Shown here one piece after another: positions 61,056-64,000 of a stretch of DNA of 64,000 nucleotides. Positions within the stretch are counted from its first letter, which is position 1; each line of letters starts with the position of its first letter. Source of the DNA: a virus; the IMG/VR virus record IMGVR_UViG_3300046674_000373, positions 32,166 through 96,165 of that record, one strand, 5' to 3'. The notes under the pieces were generated by a model. It did not search any database and was not told where the DNA came from. It was given only the letters and a program-made list of their open reading frames with translations. A program made the position numbers and the translations under genes.

Positions 61056-64000
61056 TTAGTCCTCGTGCGGCAGGGCCATCAGGTCAACAATTGTTTTCGG
61101 GCCGTGGCTGTGACCTTTGCTGTCCACGAAGTTCTTGTGATGGGTGACGTTCAATACGGCATATCTTACATTATTTTTGATGATTATTTCCCGTTCGGAA
61201 GACCCGAAGTTTGAGAAAGACGTGGCGTGCAGACCTTTTACACCTTTGCCGACGTGGATTTTTAGCCAAGTCTTGTGGCCGGAAAAAGCTGGGGATGACC
61301 CGAAGGACGACGACTGGAACGACCCGTCCTGAATAACAGCGCCCGTGACCGATTTGTAGGTGTCCTCGCCCACGCCGATGCCGCGCCAGAGGATGGTGCC
61401 CTCCGGGATGTCGATCGCGGCTTTTTTGAAGGCTTTCACCATCGGCTGGGCGTTGTGGTAGGCACCCGAGGCCGTGTCACCCGACCGGAGCGCCTGGTTC
61501 CAGTTCGCGTAGGCGCTGCCGGTATAGGCCTTGCACGCCGTCTGCTCGGCCGAGGTCAGCGCCTGGAACGTAGCCTTGCAAGCGTTCTTGAACTCGATCA
61601 GCTTCGGGCTGACGTTTTCCCACTGTTCCTCGAACGCCCCGTCGTCCGGCGACGGCAGGCCGGCCGCTGCCGACTTGCTCAGCACCAGGTAGTCCGCGGC
61701 CTTCGCGGCGTGCGCCTTGAACTTCGTGTAGTCGACCGGCGTGAAGTCGGCCGCCAGCGACATCGCCGCGGCGGAATAGCTCTGGGTGAACGACCCGTTC
61801 TGAACGGTCTTGTAGGTCGCCTTCGTCTGCGCCTCGAGCTCGGCGGTGACCTGCTTGAAATACTCCTTGATCTCGCCGGCCGGGTGCTGCGCGAACGGCA
61901 TCTTGACGCCGGTCTTCTGCCCGGTCGCCTTGTCGATCTGGTCGAAGGTCAGGTTCTGGACCGGCTCCGGTTCTTTGTGGTGAATCGCCGCGTCGTAGAT
62001 CGACTGCCCGGCCTGGTTGTTGGCCTCGTTGACGTGCTGGACCGACGACTTCCAGGTGCTCGTCGGGCCCTGGTTGCCGTTCATGAAGAAGTTGGGCGGG
62101 GTCGGGATCGCGTCCGCGTGGAATCCCTTCGGCGGGACTTTGATCTTAGCCCACTGCACGCCGAACTTCTCACCGGTCTCGACGATGCGCTCGCCCGGCT
62201 TGAGCCGCACCCACGAGGTGCCCTTGGCGACGCCCTGCGCCGCTTTCGGGTACTTCGCCAGCAGGTCGGCCTTGCGCGCGATCAGGGTGACGGCCAGCGC
62301 CTTCTTCGCTGCAGCGTCGCCCGGGCCGAACTGTTCGACCAGGCCCTTGATCTGTTCGTCGGTGACGGCCGCCACCTTCGCCACCGAGGCGGCGATATCG
62401 GCCTGGGTCATCTTCCCGAAGATCGACGCGGCCTGCGGATTTTTCGACGCATCCCGAAGCGTATCGAGATCGGTAACGTGCGGGCCGAACTCGCCAGGTT
62501 TCTTCTTGCTGCCCTGCGCGCGGTACTCGAGCGAGCCGCCGGCATCGACCCGCACGGCCTTGCCGTCGGCGCCGATCTGCAGGTTGTCGTAGCCCAGGCC
62601 GACCACATCCCAGTTGCCCAGCCACGCGTCGACCGCGAAGCCGCCCTGGGCATCCGGTGTCTTTGCCAGCTGCGCCGGGGTCTTGCCTTTCTTGACCTCG
62701 ACCCACTTGCTCGCGATGCCGATCTTGCCGCCCTTGGTGACCAGCATCGCGCGCTGGCTGGCCAGGCCCGCGGCCGCGTACAGCTTCGCGGCCAGCACCT
62801 CGGACTTGGCGATGTCCTCGTTTTCTGGGAACTTGCAGTAATACTCGGTGCCGTCCGGTGCCTTGAACTTGCCGCCCGGGTTCGAGCCGCCCTGCGGGCC
62901 GATCTGCTGCCAGTCGTCCATGGACGGAACAGCACCAGGCGTCGCGGCGGGCTTCTGGGGCTTCGGAGCGGGTGCAGGCTTTGGCCCCACGGCGGGGGCG
63001 CTGGCCGCGCCGGCGACCGGCTTGTATCCCTTCCCGGTCTTCTCCTTGATCAGCTTTTCCTTGGCCGCCTGAGCTGACGCTGCGCTGCCGAAATCTTTCT
63101 CCGTCGTCTGCTGCGCCTTGCCGATCTTCCCGTACTTGGTGACCAGTTTCGAACCGTGCACCGAGACCGACCACTGCTTGTTGTGGCCGTCTTCGGTGTG
63201 GTGGAACACGAGCTCCGGGCCCGCTGGAGAGGCGGCCGCCGGCTCATCCTGCTTGTGCCAGTGCCCATCCTTGAACACGAGCGTGCCGCCGTCGGCGGCT
63301 GGCTTGGTGTCGCCGTCCTTGGGGCCCGGCTCGGGCGTGGCGCCACCGTGCTGCTTGTTGAGCTTCGCCACGACATCGTGGTTCAGCACGTCGTGCCACT
63401 GCTCGCTGTCGGCCACCTTGAACTGCCAGCCGTGCTCTGCGTTGGCGTCCTTCTTGTACTCGTGGCCGTCCATGTGCACCGAGCCTGACTGGCTCGCTTC
63501 GGGTGTCACAGTGGTCTGCTGCGTCGGGCTCGACTGTGACGTTTGCGCCGGCGCGCCCTCCTTCAGCGCCGCGATCGCCGCCTGCGCGACCAGCGCGAGC
63601 TTCTTGTTGTAGGTGTTCTTGCCCCATGTCATCGCCTCGAGCGCGGCCACGTCGCCGGCCTCGGCAGCGGTCTTGATTGCGGCCAGCTTCTTGTTGACCG
63701 TCGCAGCGTTTGTGTTCGACGTGGGTAGCTGCAGCGTGTCCCAGGGGATTTGGGCGAGCAGATCCTTTGCCGTCGGCTTCGCGGGCGCTCCGGACGGTTC
63801 AGCCTTCGGCGTCTTCGCAGCGACAGCCTTCTTCGCTTTTTGCGCTGGCGTGGGGGCAGGCGCGGGCGCCGGAGGCGTAGCAGGCTCCTCTGCAACGGCC
63901 GGCGCTGCGCCCTGGAGCGCGTCGATCAGGTCGAGGTGGAAATGCAGCAGCTGCTTGCTGTTCTGGCTCTTCCCCTGCCAGGCCGCGCTGCCGTCGTTGG
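61056..64000 (-). CDS. multidomain protein: WGR + HipA/PI3K-like kinase + R-S-E ADP-ribosyltransferase (5' end outside window)
   Basis: Frame open to window edge; HNKQWSV..YGKIG..KTGKGY (WGR); GSNPGG, YYCK, KSEV, DAWLGNWD..DN, VDAG (kinase); LWRG, FQSSS, ERE (ART). Confidence 0.8.
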   Translation of the reverse strand, partial: NDGSAAWQGKSQNSKQLLHFHLDLIDALQGAAPAVAEEPATPPAPAPAPTPAQKAKKAVAAKTPKAEPSGAPAKPTAKDLLAQIPWDTLQLPTSNTNAATVNKKLAAIKTAAEAGDVAALEAMTWGKNTYNKKLALVAQAAIAALKEGAPAQTSQSSPTQQTTVTPEASQSGSVHMDGHEYKKDANAEHGWQFKVADSEQWHDVLNHDVVAKLNKQHGGATPEPGPKDGDTKPAADGGTLVFKDGHWHKQDEPAAASPAGPELVFHHTEDGHNKQWSVSVHGSKLVTKYGKIGKAQQTTEKDFGSAASAQAAKEKLIKEKTGKGYKPVAGAASAPAVGPKPAPAPKPQKPAATPGAVPSMDDWQQIGPQGGSNPGGKFKAPDGTEYYCKFPENEDIAKSEVLAAKLYAAAGLASQRAMLVTKGGKIGIASKWVEVKKGKTPAQLAKTPDAQGGFAVDAWLGNWDVVGLGYDNLQIGADGKAVRVDAGGSLEYRAQGSKKKPGEFGPHVTDLDTLRDASKNPQAASIFGKMTQADIAASVAKVAAVTDEQIKGLVEQFGPGDAAAKKALAVTLIARKADLLAKYPKAAQGVAKGTSWVRLKPGERIVETGEKFGVQWAKIKVPPKGFHADAIPTPPNFFMNGNQGPTSTWKSSVQHVNEANNQAGQSIYDAAIHHKEPEPVQNLTFDQIDKATGQKTGVKMPFAQHPAGEIKEYFKQVTAELEAQTKATYKTVQNGSFTQSYSAAAMSLAADFTPVDYTKFKAHAAKAADYLVLSKSAAAGLPSPDDGAFEEQWENVSPKLIEFKNACKATFQALTSAEQTACKAYTGSAYANWNQALRSGDTASGAYHNAQPMVKAFKKAAIDIPEGTILWRGIGVGEDTYKSVTGAVIQDGSFQSSSFGSSPAFSGHKTWLKIHVGKGVKGLHATSFSNFGSSEREIIIKNNVRYAVLNVTHHKNFVDSKGHSHGPKTIVDLMALPHED

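Noticed and set aside
1-64000. tRNA, tmRNA or rRNA genes
   Set aside because: No convincing cloverleaf with T-loop and acceptor stem seen in intergenic regions by eye; tRNAscan-SE/ARAGORN would confirm

Overview
The whole window is one contiguous segment of a GC-rich temperate myovirus (contractile tail), probably infecting a proteobacterium (the spanins imply a Gram-negative host). No host-chromosome junction is visible. Layout: HNH, helicase and Cro-like gene (-, 1-2315); recombination and accessory genes (+, 2492-10477); an apparently intact attP and tyrosine integrase (10517-11933); lysis, tail-fibre/tailspike, baseplate, tape measure, tube, sheath, neck, capsid, scaffold and protease genes (mostly -, 11899-40428); a 1510-aa SNF2-like protein, an AraC moron, a head-morphogenesis gene, a 0.9-kb RNA-rich moron and the portal (40937-50752); a + strand accessory island containing an acyl carrier protein (50862-55075); and a double-ATPase terminase, two HNH genes, a Nudix hydrolase and a window-truncated WGR-kinase-ADP-ribosyltransferase protein (55072-64000). 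Strongest non-routine signals: (1) a 12-copy promoter motif GTCGTGAC-N2-nAnnnT that lies 6-9 nt from the ATG in 9 copies, implying leaderless late mRNAs; (2) a sigma70-driven moron with C4/CI-like antisense-RNA architecture around a 53-aa ORF; (3) putative virion cargo enzymes carrying the same hydrophobic-x-K|A/S motif as the head proteins; (4) a phage ACP; (5) a degenerate ATPase fused to the terminase. All functional calls come from motif recognition by eye; no searches were run.
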